Below, piece after piece: positions 31,091 to 41,385 of a stretch of DNA of 64,000 nt. The stretch is from Gammaproteobacteria bacterium (lineage in GTDB: Bacteria > Pseudomonadota > Gammaproteobacteria > Eutrophobiales > Eutrophobiaceae), in the NCBI GenBank assembly GCA_965222155.1, contig CBDCTH010000012.1, forward strand, positions 1,056,001 through 1,120,000, written 5' to 3'. A model generated the notes under the pieces. That model saw only the letters and a program-made list of their open reading frames with translations, did not search any database and was not told the DNA's origin. A program made the translations under genes and the position numbers. Numbering within the stretch: position 1 is the stretch's first letter; every line of letters begins with the position of its first letter.

Positions 31091-32236
31091 TCAATGAGCT
31101 AAATACGGTCTGACATCTGCCTTCCTCATTGGTCTTTCCTTAACCTCAAAGTTAATTTCGAGAATGCACGGGACAGGCTCCGGTACGTTGTCGCCCCGTA
31201 GCTCTCCTTCCAGTTTTGTGATCCCACCCCTTGATCCAATGAGAAGTGCGCTGGTCGTCCAAACTTCGTCGCGAGGTCTAATATCGCCGAAGTCGATAGT
31301 AATCTTCCACCCGTCAGTAAATTCTTGGACATAGGGATCGGGATTGCTCTGAAGTTGTTGTGCAAGCGGGACGATATCTGAATACGCTCCTTCCATACTA
31401 TTACGATATGGACGCGTTGGTCGATTAGTCCGATCTAGGAGAAAAATAGTATTGTCTTTGGTAACTGAGCCGATGAAACGAATACGTTTTCCGACTACCC
31501 CGCTGTGATTATATAGCCGTAGGTGAAAAGATTTGAGGAAAGCCATATCACGGGTATACCGAATAATCTCCTTAGAGTAGTTTTCATTATCAAGAGCAAG
31601 GCGCGGAAGAAAGACAGGGGAGGGGCGAGGAGACTCAAACGTGTCATCCGGGAGTAATGGGCAGAGAATCAAGGAGTTTACGGTGTGGGGGGAAAGAAGA
31701 GCAGTATGTCTTTCTACATCCGCCCACTCAAGAACGAATTGAGGCGTGTCGTCAAAATTCTGATCCGCACCCATTCGCGCAACCTCGTCCGGGGAGGCAA
31801 TCGCTGTCGAACTACCGTCCCTTTTGTAGACAACATTATTCTCAAGCTTACCAAACCGTTTTTTGAGGTAGATAGGGCGCTCCTGTATCGGTATCACAAT
31901 CACGCCAATTTCCACATCCCCTGTACGAAATGGTTGGTACGAGAACTCAATAGGTCGTTGGGTCTTCGCGTTTACAAATTGATGTAATTTAGCGTCGTCC
32001 AAGTGCGCTTTTACTCCAACAATCTTACTGCGTCCTCCTTTGACTTCATCTACTCCTATCAGTATGTACGCAGTTGTCCCGCGCCAAGCATTAGTAAAAG
32101 CGAGGATATCCTTGAGTAATTCGCTTTTGGCTTTATCATCGGCCCCTTCAAAAAGGTATTGATCCCGCTTAAAATCCAGTGTAGCCCCTTCCTCCTCGTG
32201 GAGTAGTTGCTCAAGGAGATTCTTATCTATAGACAT
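31091..32236 (-). CDS. Schlafen/AlbA_2-domain protein
   Basis: EEGATLDFK, ELLKDILAFTNA, YILIGVDE, VYKRDGSST; unknown C-terminal half. Confidence 0.88.
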   Translation of the reverse strand: MSIDKNLLEQLLHEEEGATLDFKRDQYLFEGADDKAKSELLKDILAFTNAWRGTTAYILIGVDEVKGGRSKIVGVKAHLDDAKLHQFVNAKTQRPIEFSYQPFRTGDVEIGVIVIPIQERPIYLKKRFGKLENNVVYKRDGSSTAIASPDEVARMGADQNFDDTPQFVLEWADVERHTALLSPHTVNSLILCPLLPDDTFESPRPSPVFLPRLALDNENYSKEIIRYTRDMAFLKSFHLRLYNHSGVVGKRIRFIGSVTKDNTIFLLDRTNRPTRPYRNSMEGAYSDIVPLAQQLQSNPDPYVQEFTDGWKITIDFGDIRPRDEVWTTSALLIGSRGGITKLEGELRGDNVPEPVPCILEINFEVKERPMRKADVRPYLAH

Positions 32237-32403
32237 TACAATAGCTCCGTGTAAACATTTGATAACGCACTCTGTCGTACGTAATTACCATAGCTCGTTT
32301 GGTTACAGGTGACACGTCGAATCATCCCTATTTGTTTTCTATGCTTATTTGCACACTCCAAGCATGTGGAGATGACCCAACCCAAAGTTTTTTCTTGCAT
32401 GCG

Positions 32404-33262
32404 TCACATATCATTTCTGGTGACTTCAGCCTCGTCCCACACTCGGGCAATGGAGGCTTGAATCTTTTTTTCGAAGAGTTCGATTAGCTTCTGGTTGGCA
32501 GCGACAAATGCCTGCTCTTCCAGTTCCAGGCTGTCTACCAGGAACAGGACACGACGGGCGTTACCGGAGCGCAGTGATAATTTGATGACGGCAGCGGCGG
32601 TGAGGGTCTTGCCTGTGTCGGTGGCCATCTCGGATAAGAACCGGTCCTGGCCCTCTTTTACTGCTCTTTGTAGAGTGTGAATAGCGTCCAGTTGGTAATC
32701 GCGCAAGAAACGCAGCTTGTTGGTTTGAATGTAGGCAGGCCGTTCGTATTCAATCTTCCATCCGGCCTCGGCTGCGTAATTGGGCCGTTGCGTCAGGACG
32801 ATATAGTCTTCACCAATCGGTTCATTGATCAGACGTTGTGGGTCGGGCGTGACTTGCCCGCAGTTTGCCACCGAATCCGGCGTCGGAAACGAGGTGATGA
32901 TATGAGGATTCCCGCGTTCCAGGTACCAGAAATAGTGCAGGTTGCCGTTCGACAGTATGATGAATCGGCAGTTTTGTGAGCGGGCATACTTGCGGGTCTG
33001 TTCTTTGCCGACAAGAGGTTCTTTGTTTTCCGACTTGGCCTCCAACACGATGAAAGGGAAACCTTTATCGTCTAAGAGTAGGAAGTCGATATAGCCCTTG
33101 GATGTTTTCTCGAAGTCATTGCCTAGGGCATCAAGATATGATGTCTTGAACATAGCGCCGGATTCGAGGCAGACGTTGGCGGGTTTGCCGTCTTCGGCAA
33201 AGAAACGCCAGCCGGCTTTCAGGTAGCTTGTTAATCTTGATGCGGGCTGTGGCTTCGTTCAT
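32404..33262 (-). pseudogene. hsdR: Collapsed type I R-M locus: HsdR N-terminus fused to an HsdS-like C-terminus
   Basis: MNEATARIKINKL start with a frameshift; IDFLL..VLEAK nuclease motif; LRDYQ; Walker A degenerate (MATDTGKT); after VLFLVD..ELEEQA the frame continues as FVAANQKLIELFEKKIQASIARVW. Confidence 0.8.
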
Positions 33263-33427
33263 GGGGTTGAGTCGACCTTTTGATAGCTGGTGTTATTTTA
33301 CACATATTAACAGGGAATATTTTTTTGACTGGATTCTGGCATGCGCCAGAATAACGGATGAGCTTATACTCTCGGTTTTAATATGACTTGTGTAATGGTA
33401 TCCTGTCAGTAGCCTACTGACTGCACA

Positions 33428-35023
33428 GTGACCGTGACCGCCATCTCACCAACCCCGCAACCGACCCTGGATAAAAAGGTTTTCCTGCCTACATTTGTCC
33501 TGGTTATGATCACCGGCGCGTTGCTGGTCCTGAAACCTGAGAGTGCCCAGTTGCTTCTCGGTGACGCGTTGCAGGTAGTTACCGGCTATTTCGGCTGGTT
33601 GTATCTTCTGGTGGGCTTTGGCGCCATCGCGCTACTTACCTGGCTGGCGTTCAGTCGTTACGGGCGGGTAAAATTAGGCGCCCCTGACGACGGCCCCGAA
33701 TTCTCGACGCTAAGCTGGATTGCCATGATGTTTACCGTGGGGATAGGTATCGGCCTTACCAACTGGGCATTTGTCGAACCGATCTTTTATTTCCAATCGC
33801 CCCCGTTCGGAGTCGAGGCGGGTACGCCGGAGGCGGCCGAGTGGGCGCACATGTACGGCCAGTTCCACTGGTCGATAGTGCCCTGGGCAATCTACGCGCT
33901 GCCGGCGTTGCCGATTGCCTATTCCCTGTATGTCCGAAAACAGCCTTTCTGCAGGATCAGTAGCGCAAGCGCCGGCGTGCTCGGCCGGCAGAGCGCCGGT
34001 TGGCTTGGCATAGGAGTCGATGTGATTGTGATTATTGCCATAATCGGCGGTACCGGCACCAGTCTGGGGCTGGGCCTTCCCCTTGTCTCCGCACTTGTCG
34101 CCGAGTGTTTTTCCCTGCCGGATACGCCTATGTTGCAATTCGGCGTCCTGGTGGTGTGGACGGCCATCTTTGCAACAAGCGTTTACATGGGACTGGAGAA
34201 GGGTATCCGTATCCTCGCCGACGTGAACGCAGTGTTCGCTATTCTTTTCCTGATATTCGTGCTGGTTGTCGGTCCGACCGTATTCATCCTGAATATGTCT
34301 GTGAACAGTTTCGGTCTGATGCTGGACAACCTGTTCCGCATGAGTTTCTGGATGGATCCGGTTACAAAAAGCGGCTTCCCTGAGAATTGGACGGTGTTCT
34401 ACTGGGGCTGGTGGATTGCTTATGCACCGATGGTCGGACTGTTCGTGGCGCGCATTTCCAGGGGGCGAACGATCAGGGAGGTCATCATCGGCCAGATGAT
34501 ATGGGGGAGCCTCGGTTGCATGGCCTTTTTTGCAATTGCTGGCGGGTATTCTCTGGATATGGAGATGAGTGGCATTCTGGACATATCCTCGGTGCTGAAC
34601 GATTCAGGTATCCCCGCCGCTGTCGTTGCCATCGTCGGCAGCCTTCCGGGAGGGGCGCTCACGCTGTTCATATTTACTCTCCTGTGCATTATTTTCCTCG
34701 CCACGACGCTGGACTCTGCCGCTTACGTACTGTCCAGTATGAGCACCAGGAACCTGACCGGAGAGGGGCAGCCGGCTCGCTGGAATCGCTTTGCCTGGGC
34801 CTTTGCTCTTGCCATCATAGCGGTCGGGCTGATCGCGGCCGGCGGCTTGAAGACCGTACAGACGTCAACGGTGATTGCCGCATTGCCGTTGATCCCGGTT
34901 CTGGTGATCTTGCAGCTTTCCTTATTCAAATGGCTGCGTAAGGATTTTGGTAATACGCTCCGACCGGCAAATTATGCACTTGAACACCGTCCGGACGGCA
35001 AAACGGAAGTACGCGAGGTTTAA
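33428..35023 (+). CDS. BCCT-family transporter (carnitine/butyrobetaine, CaiT-like by context)
   Basis: SWIAMMFTVGIG, FHW, WTVFYWGWWIAYAP..FVARISRGRTIRE; adjacent to carnitine genes. Confidence 0.93.
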   Translation: MTVTAISPTPQPTLDKKVFLPTFVLVMITGALLVLKPESAQLLLGDALQVVTGYFGWLYLLVGFGAIALLTWLAFSRYGRVKLGAPDDGPEFSTLSWIAMMFTVGIGIGLTNWAFVEPIFYFQSPPFGVEAGTPEAAEWAHMYGQFHWSIVPWAIYALPALPIAYSLYVRKQPFCRISSASAGVLGRQSAGWLGIGVDVIVIIAIIGGTGTSLGLGLPLVSALVAECFSLPDTPMLQFGVLVVWTAIFATSVYMGLEKGIRILADVNAVFAILFLIFVLVVGPTVFILNMSVNSFGLMLDNLFRMSFWMDPVTKSGFPENWTVFYWGWWIAYAPMVGLFVARISRGRTIREVIIGQMIWGSLGCMAFFAIAGGYSLDMEMSGILDISSVLNDSGIPAAVVAIVGSLPGGALTLFIFTLLCIIFLATTLDSAAYVLSSMSTRNLTGEGQPARWNRFAWAFALAIIAVGLIAAGGLKTVQTSTVIAALPLIPVLVILQLSLFKWLRKDFGNTLRPANYALEHRPDGKTEVREV

Positions 35024-35094
35024 TCCGTATTTCCCGCCAGGGGGATGTGGTCAGCGCGTTTCCATGCTATTATTACAATAATTCGGAGGGATTT

Positions 35095-36060
35095 GTGTTA
35101 GCTGCTAAACAACCACTCCATTACGGGTTCCTGCTGGTACCGAATTTTACGCTGATCGCGTTTTCTTCCGCAGTCGAAGCGCTTCGTATGGCAAATTTAA
35201 CCTCGGAGCAGGAGTTGTATCGCTGGTCCGTTTTGACTTTTGATGATGCTCCCGTCTCATCAAGCGCCGCCCTGCAAATCCAGCCCACACTTCCGTTTGA
35301 TCAGGTAAGAAAACTCGACATGTTGTTCATCTGTGCCGGCGTACATGTCAAGGATGCCTGGAATCCGGCGTTAGGCAAGGCATTGCGGCGGCTTGCCTGC
35401 ACCAGTTTACCCCTGGGCGCTTTGTGTACCGGATCATACCTCCTGGCAAAATCCGGTGTGCTTAACGATCATCGTTGCACGATACACTGGGAAAACATAG
35501 GTGGCCTGCGCGAGGAATTTCCCCAGCTGAAAGTGACTGACGAACTTTTTGAGATTGATCGCCGGCGTTATACCTGCGCCGGCGGCACGGCGCCGTTGGA
35601 CCTGATGCTGTTCCTGATACGAAGGGACTACAACCGGGAAATCGCCTCGGCAATTTCCGAGCAGTTCACGGTTGATCGCGTCAGGGAACTGGGTGAGCCC
35701 CAGTATATATCGGTGCGCAGCCAGGCTCCCGGCGCGCCGGATTACCTGAATGAGGCCGTACTGCTCATGCGGAATAATATTCCCGAACCGTTGCTCGTAG
35801 AGGAAATCGCCAAATATCTTAATGTGTCGACACGGCAACTGGAACGTGTGTTTCGGCAATATTTCCACTATTCGCCAAGCCAGTATTACCTGAGGCTGCG
35901 ACTGGTTGCCGCCCGCAATCTGCTGCGCCACACCGGCACGAATGTACGTGGAATAGCAATAGAAACCGGCTTCAAATCCTTGCAGCACTTCAGCAAGTGT
36001 TACCACGAGTATTTCAAAATCAGGCCTAGCCAGGAGCGCGCCAAATATTCCGAGGTATAA
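35095..36060 (+). CDS. GlxA-family (GATase-AraC) regulator, CdhR/GbdR-like
   Basis: FSSAVEALRMAN, GALCTGSY, CTIHWEN, TCAGGTAPLDLML, AraC HTH; GTG start with GGAGG RBS. Confidence 0.92.
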   Translation: MLAAKQPLHYGFLLVPNFTLIAFSSAVEALRMANLTSEQELYRWSVLTFDDAPVSSSAALQIQPTLPFDQVRKLDMLFICAGVHVKDAWNPALGKALRRLACTSLPLGALCTGSYLLAKSGVLNDHRCTIHWENIGGLREEFPQLKVTDELFEIDRRRYTCAGGTAPLDLMLFLIRRDYNREIASAISEQFTVDRVRELGEPQYISVRSQAPGAPDYLNEAVLLMRNNIPEPLLVEEIAKYLNVSTRQLERVFRQYFHYSPSQYYLRLRLVAARNLLRHTGTNVRGIAIETGFKSLQHFSKCYHEYFKIRPSQERAKYSEV

Positions 36061-36253
36061 ACGATCTGAATTTGACTTGTCCCGGCAAAGAAGAAATACG
36101 GTTCATAATGGTAATGATACTTTACGAATGACGACAGCAGGGGTCATATTCGTATTGCGTAATTGGGTAAATTAGTGTCGCAATTTTCCCGAATTTCATA
36201 GTCATGATGTGGTTCAATAATATGAAACATGACTGGATTCAGGGGGTAAATGA

Positions 36254-37144
36254 ATGAATTTTGAAGTTGCTATCACCTGTGCCGTGACCGGCGCCGGCGA
36301 TACGGTCGGTAAACATCCCGCCATTCCGGTTACTCCGGAACAGATTGCCGCGGCCGCGCTTGATGCAGCCAAGGCCGGGGCGGCCATTGTCCATTGCCAT
36401 GTGCGCGACCCTGAGACGGGCAAGGGAGCGCGTGACGTTGCGCTCTACCGGGAAACGGTCGATCGTATTCGCTCTGCCGAAACCGACGTGGCGATCAACC
36501 TTACTGCGGGTATGGGTGGAGATCTCGTCATCGGCCCTGATCATGACCCGACGCGATTTGGAGTCGACACCGATCTTGTCGGCGCCCGCGAACGCCTGCC
36601 TCATGTGGAGGAACTGTTGCCGGAAATCTGCTCCCTGGATTGCGGTTCACTCAACTTCGGCGACGGCAGTCTTGTTTACGTATCCACACCTGACATGCTG
36701 CGCCGCGGCGCAAAGCGCATCCGGGAACTGGGCGTCAAACCGGAACTGGAAATTTTCGATACGGGCAACCTGAGTTTTGCGCTGCAAATGCTCAGGGAAG
36801 ATTTGCTGGAGCCCCCGCCGTTGTTTCAACTCTGTCACGGCATTCCCTGGGGCGCGCCGGCGGATGTGGGCGTTTTCAAATCCCTGGTCGACCAATTGCC
36901 GCCCGGCGCCAACTGGACTGCCTTTGCCCTGGGCCGCTACCAGATGGCCTTTGTCGCACAGGCCGCCATACTCGGCGGCAATGTGCGGGTTGGCCTGGAG
37001 GATAATCTCTACCTGGAGAGAGGGGTATTCGCTACTAATGCGCAACTGGTGGAGCGGGCGCGCAAGATCATTGAACTGATGGGCGCCCGCGTGCTGGGAC
37101 CCGACGAAGTGCGGGAGAGATTCGGTCTGGTCAAACGTGCCTGA
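36254..37144 (+). CDS. cdhC: Beta-keto acid cleavage enzyme (BKACE; 3-dehydrocarnitine cleavage, CdhC-like)
   Basis: [47 protein letters not shown]. Confidence 0.9.
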   Translation: MNFEVAITCAVTGAGDTVGKHPAIPVTPEQIAAAALDAAKAGAAIVHCHVRDPETGKGARDVALYRETVDRIRSAETDVAINLTAGMGGDLVIGPDHDPTRFGVDTDLVGARERLPHVEELLPEICSLDCGSLNFGDGSLVYVSTPDMLRRGAKRIRELGVKPELEIFDTGNLSFALQMLREDLLEPPPLFQLCHGIPWGAPADVGVFKSLVDQLPPGANWTAFALGRYQMAFVAQAAILGGNVRVGLEDNLYLERGVFATNAQLVERARKIIELMGARVLGPDEVRERFGLVKRA

Positions 37145-37189
37145 AGGAATTCCGACTAGCACCGGAATTCGGGGCGGGCATCCGCCGAT

Positions 37190-38194
37190 ATGACAAAAGG
37201 GGAAGAGCCGATGACGAGGGATATCAAAACCGTCGCTGTTATCGGTACCGGCGTTATCGGCGCCGGTTGGGCGGCGCGGGTACTGGCGCACGGACTGGAT
37301 GTGATCGCCTGGGACCCCGGTACGGACTGGCAGGACAAACTGAGCGCCGCGCTGGAGAACGCCTGGCCGGCGTTATGCAAACTTGGTCTTTACCCCGGTG
37401 CGAGTCTGGAACGGCTGCGTTATGCCGGCTCGCTGGACGAGGCCTGTACAGTTGCCGATTTCATCCAGGAAAGCGCCCCCGAGCGGCTGGATTTGAAGCG
37501 CAGACTGCATGCCCGAATAGACGCAAGTGCTCCTGTCGAGGTCATCATCGCCTCCAGCACATCGGGGTTGTTGCCTTCTGATTTCCAGGCTGACTGCCGC
37601 CGGCCAGAACGGGTCATCGTCGCACATCCCTTTAACCCGGTGTACCTGCTGCCGTTGGTGGAAGTACTGGGCGGCAGTAAGACTGCGGATAAGAATATCG
37701 ACCGCGCCATGGAGTTTTACACCGACATGGGTATGCACCCGTTGCGAGTGCGCAGCGAAATCGAAGGCTTCCTCTCGGACCGCTTGCAGGAGGCCCTATG
37801 GCGGGAAATCCTGCACCTGGTCAACGATGACGTGGCTAACACCGAGGAACTGGACGCAGCAATCACCTACGGCCCCGGTCTGCGCTGGGCCTTTATGGGG
37901 ACTTGCCTGGCTTTCCATATGGCAGGCGGCGATGCGGGCCTGCGTGATTTTATGAAACAGTTCGGCCCGGCACTGAAATTGCCCTGGACAAAACTGGAAG
38001 CCCCCGAGCTGACCGATGAATTGATCGACAAGATGACTACCGGGACCCGGCAACAGGCTGCGGGCCGGACAGTGAAGGAACTGGAACAATTACGCGATGA
38101 TTGCCTGATCGACATTATGCGGGCGCTATCCCGTTACCAGGTCGGCGCCGGTAATGTACTCACCCGGGATGAAGCACGCCGAGAACAGATGTAA
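37190..38194 (+). CDS. lcdH: L-carnitine dehydrogenase (no thioesterase fusion)
   Basis: IGTGVIGAGWAAR, IQESAPERL, ASSTSGL, HPFNPVYLLPLVE, DRLQEALWRE, GPGLRWA. Confidence 0.92.
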   Translation: MTKGEEPMTRDIKTVAVIGTGVIGAGWAARVLAHGLDVIAWDPGTDWQDKLSAALENAWPALCKLGLYPGASLERLRYAGSLDEACTVADFIQESAPERLDLKRRLHARIDASAPVEVIIASSTSGLLPSDFQADCRRPERVIVAHPFNPVYLLPLVEVLGGSKTADKNIDRAMEFYTDMGMHPLRVRSEIEGFLSDRLQEALWREILHLVNDDVANTEELDAAITYGPGLRWAFMGTCLAFHMAGGDAGLRDFMKQFGPALKLPWTKLEAPELTDELIDKMTTGTRQQAAGRTVKELEQLRDDCLIDIMRALSRYQVGAGNVLTRDEARREQM

Positions 38195-38219
38195 CTGAAA
38201 GTGTACCCATACTACCCAC

Positions 38220-38392
38220 CGTCATTCTTGCTCAGCCCGGCGCGTCATTCTGGCGAATGCCAGAATCCAGTCATATAACTTTCCTTATTGTATAAGCCTG
38301 CCCCGTGCTTACGACATGCAGGGGCAAGCTCTGGAAGGATATAATCCAGGGACGATTATTCTACTGGATTCCGGCATTCGCCGGAATGACGG
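38220..38392. repeat. REP pair with internal hairpin between convergent genes
   Basis: CGTCATTCTGGCGAATGCCAGAATCCAGT ... ACTGGATTCCGGCATTCGCCGGAATGACG. Confidence 0.88.
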
Positions 38393-38405
38393 CAGGAACA
38401 GTTGG

Positions 38406-39200
38406 TTAACGTCCTTTCCAGATCGGTTTGCGCTTTTCTGCGAAGGCGCGGGTGCCTTCCTGCAGGTCCTCGCTGTCATACAGCGCGTTAACGGATGGAA
38501 TACCCTTGTTGTTCAGTAGGTTAAGCGCTTCCTGTTGCTTGAGGTTTTCGGTCATGCGTACAGTCTCCTTGGTGGCGGCGAAGACCAGCGGCGGGCCCTC
38601 AGCGAGGAGTTGGGCGACTTCACGTACACGGTTCATCAGTTCTCCCGCCGGCACCACCACATTGACGAGTCCCCAGCGCGCGGCTTCTTCGGCCTCCATC
38701 CAGCGTCCCGTCAACAGCAGGTCCATGGCAATGTGGAAGGGTATGCGGCGCGGCAGTTTTACGCTGGCGGCATCGGCGAGCACGCCGACGTTGATCTCAG
38801 GCAACGCAAAACGGGCGTGTTCGGCCGCGTAGATTAAATCACAGGAAATGGCCAGTTCAAAACCGCCTCCAACCGCCATGCCGTTGACCGCGGCGATGAC
38901 GGGCTTGTTGAGTCCGGGCAGTTCCTGCAGTCCGCCGAATCCGCCGACGCCGTAGTCCGTGTCCGGCGGCTCGCCCGCCGCCGCAACTTTCAGATCCCAT
39001 CCTGCACAGAAAAAACGTTCACCTGCTGCCGTCAGGATCGCGACGCGCAGTTCCGGGTCATCACGAAATCCGGCAAACACGTCGCCCATGAGCTGGCTGG
39101 TGGGGCCGTCAATGGCATTCGCCTTGGGCCGGTCCAGGGTGACTTCGAGAATGGCGCCGTTGCGCCTGGTGTGAATAGGATTACCTGTTGTATTTGTCAT
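38406..39200 (-). CDS. caiD: Carnitinyl-CoA dehydratase / crotonobetainyl-CoA hydratase
   Basis: LDRPKANAID, FFCAGWDLK, DYGVGGFGG, KPVIAAVNGMAVGGGFE, FAEKRKPIWKGR. Confidence 0.9.
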   Translation of the reverse strand: MTNTTGNPIHTRRNGAILEVTLDRPKANAIDGPTSQLMGDVFAGFRDDPELRVAILTAAGERFFCAGWDLKVAAAGEPPDTDYGVGGFGGLQELPGLNKPVIAAVNGMAVGGGFELAISCDLIYAAEHARFALPEINVGVLADAASVKLPRRIPFHIAMDLLLTGRWMEAEEAARWGLVNVVVPAGELMNRVREVAQLLAEGPPLVFAATKETVRMTENLKQQEALNLLNNKGIPSVNALYDSEDLQEGTRAFAEKRKPIWKGR

Positions 39201-39230
39201 CGCTCATTTCATTCAGTTAAACTACATTAC

Positions 39231-40397
39231 TCAAACGCCCCGCGCCCGGAGCAGGTCACGGGCGATGATATGGCGCTGAATTTCGCTGGTGCCGTCCCAG
39301 ATTCGCTCAACCCGGGCGTCGCGCCAGAAACGTTCTATGGGCAGATCATCCATCAGACCCATCCCGCCGAATATCTGTACCGCCTCGTCGGTCACCCGGC
39401 CCAGCATTTCCGAGGCATAGAGTTTGGCCTGTGCGATATGGCGCCCGGCGTCGAGTTTCCTGTCAAGACGCCAGGCCGCGGCAAGCGTCAGCCAGTCCGC
39501 TGCGTCGATCCAGGTAGCCATATCGGCAAGCTTGAAGGAAACGCCCTGAAACTTGCCGATGGGCTGACCGAACTGGCGGCGGTTGGCGGCCCAGTCCGCA
39601 CAGAGATCGAAGCAACGCCGCGCCCGGCCCACGCACATGGCGGCGACGCTGAGGCGGGTTGCGGCGAGCCAGGTATTGGCCAGGTCAAAGCCGCTGCCTT
39701 CCTCGCCGAGCACCTGGGAAGCCGGCACGCGGCAGTCGTCGAAAGTCAGGATGCTATTGTGGTAGCCGCGGTGGGAGACGGAATTGTAACCGGGACGTAT
39801 CTCGAATCCGGGAGTGCCCCTATCAATAAGGAAACAGGTGATACGTTTCTTCGGGCCTTGCGGCGTGTCATCCTCTCCCGTTAGCGCAAACGTGATCACA
39901 AAATCGGCGACGTCTGCATGGCTGATAAAATGCTTTGTGCCGTTTATGATGTAATCTCCACCGTCGCGCCGGGCAAAGGTCTTCATCCCTTTCACATCGG
40001 AGCCGGCGTCGGGTTCGCTCATGGCCAGGGCGTCGATCTTCTCGCCGCGCACGCAGGGAAGCAGGTAACGCCGGCGCTGTTCGTCAGTGCCGGAACAGAG
40101 AATATTGGAGGGTCTGCCCCAGAACACCGACAGCGCCATGGAGGCGCGGCCGAGTTCACGCTCAAGCAGGGTGAAGGTCAGGGCATCCAGACCGCCGCCG
40201 CCGAATTCCTCCGGGATATTCGGCGCGTAGAAGCCGAGATCAAGGACCTTGTCCTGTATCTCGCGGCCTACTGTCCCGGGCACCAGTCCGGTGCGGTCGA
40301 CTTCGTCTTCAAGGGGATAAAACTCCCTCTCGACAAAGTGCCGTACGGTATCCACCACCAGCTGTTGTTCATGACTCAATCCGAATTCCATTGCCAC
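39231..40397 (-). CDS. Acyl-CoA dehydrogenase (candidate gamma-butyrobetainyl-CoA dehydrogenase)
   Basis: AMSEPDAGSD, NGTKHFIS, RRQFGQPIGKFQ, QIFGGMG, RIWDGTSEIQR; upstream of caiD. Confidence 0.92.
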   Translation of the reverse strand: MAMEFGLSHEQQLVVDTVRHFVEREFYPLEDEVDRTGLVPGTVGREIQDKVLDLGFYAPNIPEEFGGGGLDALTFTLLERELGRASMALSVFWGRPSNILCSGTDEQRRRYLLPCVRGEKIDALAMSEPDAGSDVKGMKTFARRDGGDYIINGTKHFISHADVADFVITFALTGEDDTPQGPKKRITCFLIDRGTPGFEIRPGYNSVSHRGYHNSILTFDDCRVPASQVLGEEGSGFDLANTWLAATRLSVAAMCVGRARRCFDLCADWAANRRQFGQPIGKFQGVSFKLADMATWIDAADWLTLAAAWRLDRKLDAGRHIAQAKLYASEMLGRVTDEAVQIFGGMGLMDDLPIERFWRDARVERIWDGTSEIQRHIIARDLLRARGV

Positions 40398-40707
40398 CTC
40401 ATAAACTTATTTCATGTCCTGCATTACAGGAACGGGTTACTCTTATTTTTATTTCTGGAAATTATTCCATTTTGAAAGTGTAATATAGAAGAATCAGAGA
40501 CAACAGTTCAGTTAGATTTAAAGAACAAACGACACGACTTTATGCGAAGGCGACACTGTCAAATCAACCCGGATCCGGCACACTCCAATTATGCTCTAAA
40601 ATTCACTCGGGGTTCGAGCAGCGCTGCCGTCCGGTTGACATTTCCTTCGATAATTTACTGGCGAGGTAATGAGATGCAGGATCAAAAAGACTGGTTAAAA
40701 TGTGATA

Positions 40708-41385
40708 GTGATAATCTCGCATAAACATCGATTTATTTTCTTCGCCGTTCCCAGGACGGCGACACATGCTATTCGCCAGGCCCTCAGGCTGCACCTGGCT
40801 GAAGACGATTGGGAGCAGCAGGCGCTGTTCGGTAAACAGGGCATACCGGTTCCGGGGATCGCCGCCATCGGGCATGGGCATGTTTCTTTTCAACAGATCA
40901 GGGCATGTTTGCCGGCGGAAATCATGTCTTCTTATTTCAAGTTCGGCTTTGTCAGGAATCCTTTTGACCGGTTTGTTTCCACCTGTTTTTTCTTGAATCG
41001 TCGCAACGACAGGTTTGCCGGAAATGAGGTCGAATTCATGCGCCGGGCCATCAGCAATGAACGGTTTCGACAGCGAGTCCTGGCAAGACCTCAATACCGC
41101 TTGCTTACGGATGAAAATGATCAGCTGATGATGGACTATGTAGGACAGTATGAGACTTTGCAAGAATCATTCGATGAGGTCTGTCGCCAAATCGGCCTTG
41201 CGCCGGCAGGATTAAGTCGCAAGAATGCGTCCCGGCACCAGCGTTACGAATGTTATTATGACGCTTTCCTTAAGGAATCGGTTGTGAAATATTACCGGAA
41301 GGATTTCCAGTTATTCGGTTATGATGCAGGAAAGATTGCCGCCGATCCGTTGATAACTCAGGAGTATACGCCGGATACGCCATGA
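40708..41385 (+). CDS. Sulfotransferase family 2 protein
   Basis: ISHKHRFIFFAVPRTAT (5'-PSB), FVRNPFDRFVS (3'-PB), YRKDFQLFGY. Confidence 0.85.
   Translation: MIISHKHRFIFFAVPRTATHAIRQALRLHLAEDDWEQQALFGKQGIPVPGIAAIGHGHVSFQQIRACLPAEIMSSYFKFGFVRNPFDRFVSTCFFLNRRNDRFAGNEVEFMRRAISNERFRQRVLARPQYRLLTDENDQLMMDYVGQYETLQESFDEVCRQIGLAPAGLSRKNASRHQRYECYYDAFLKESVVKYYRKDFQLFGYDAGKIAADPLITQEYTPDTP

Noticed and set aside
28117-33400. Prophage, integron or tRNA-anchored island
   Set aside because: No integrase, phage structural gene, attC-like array or tRNA was recognised at the borders.
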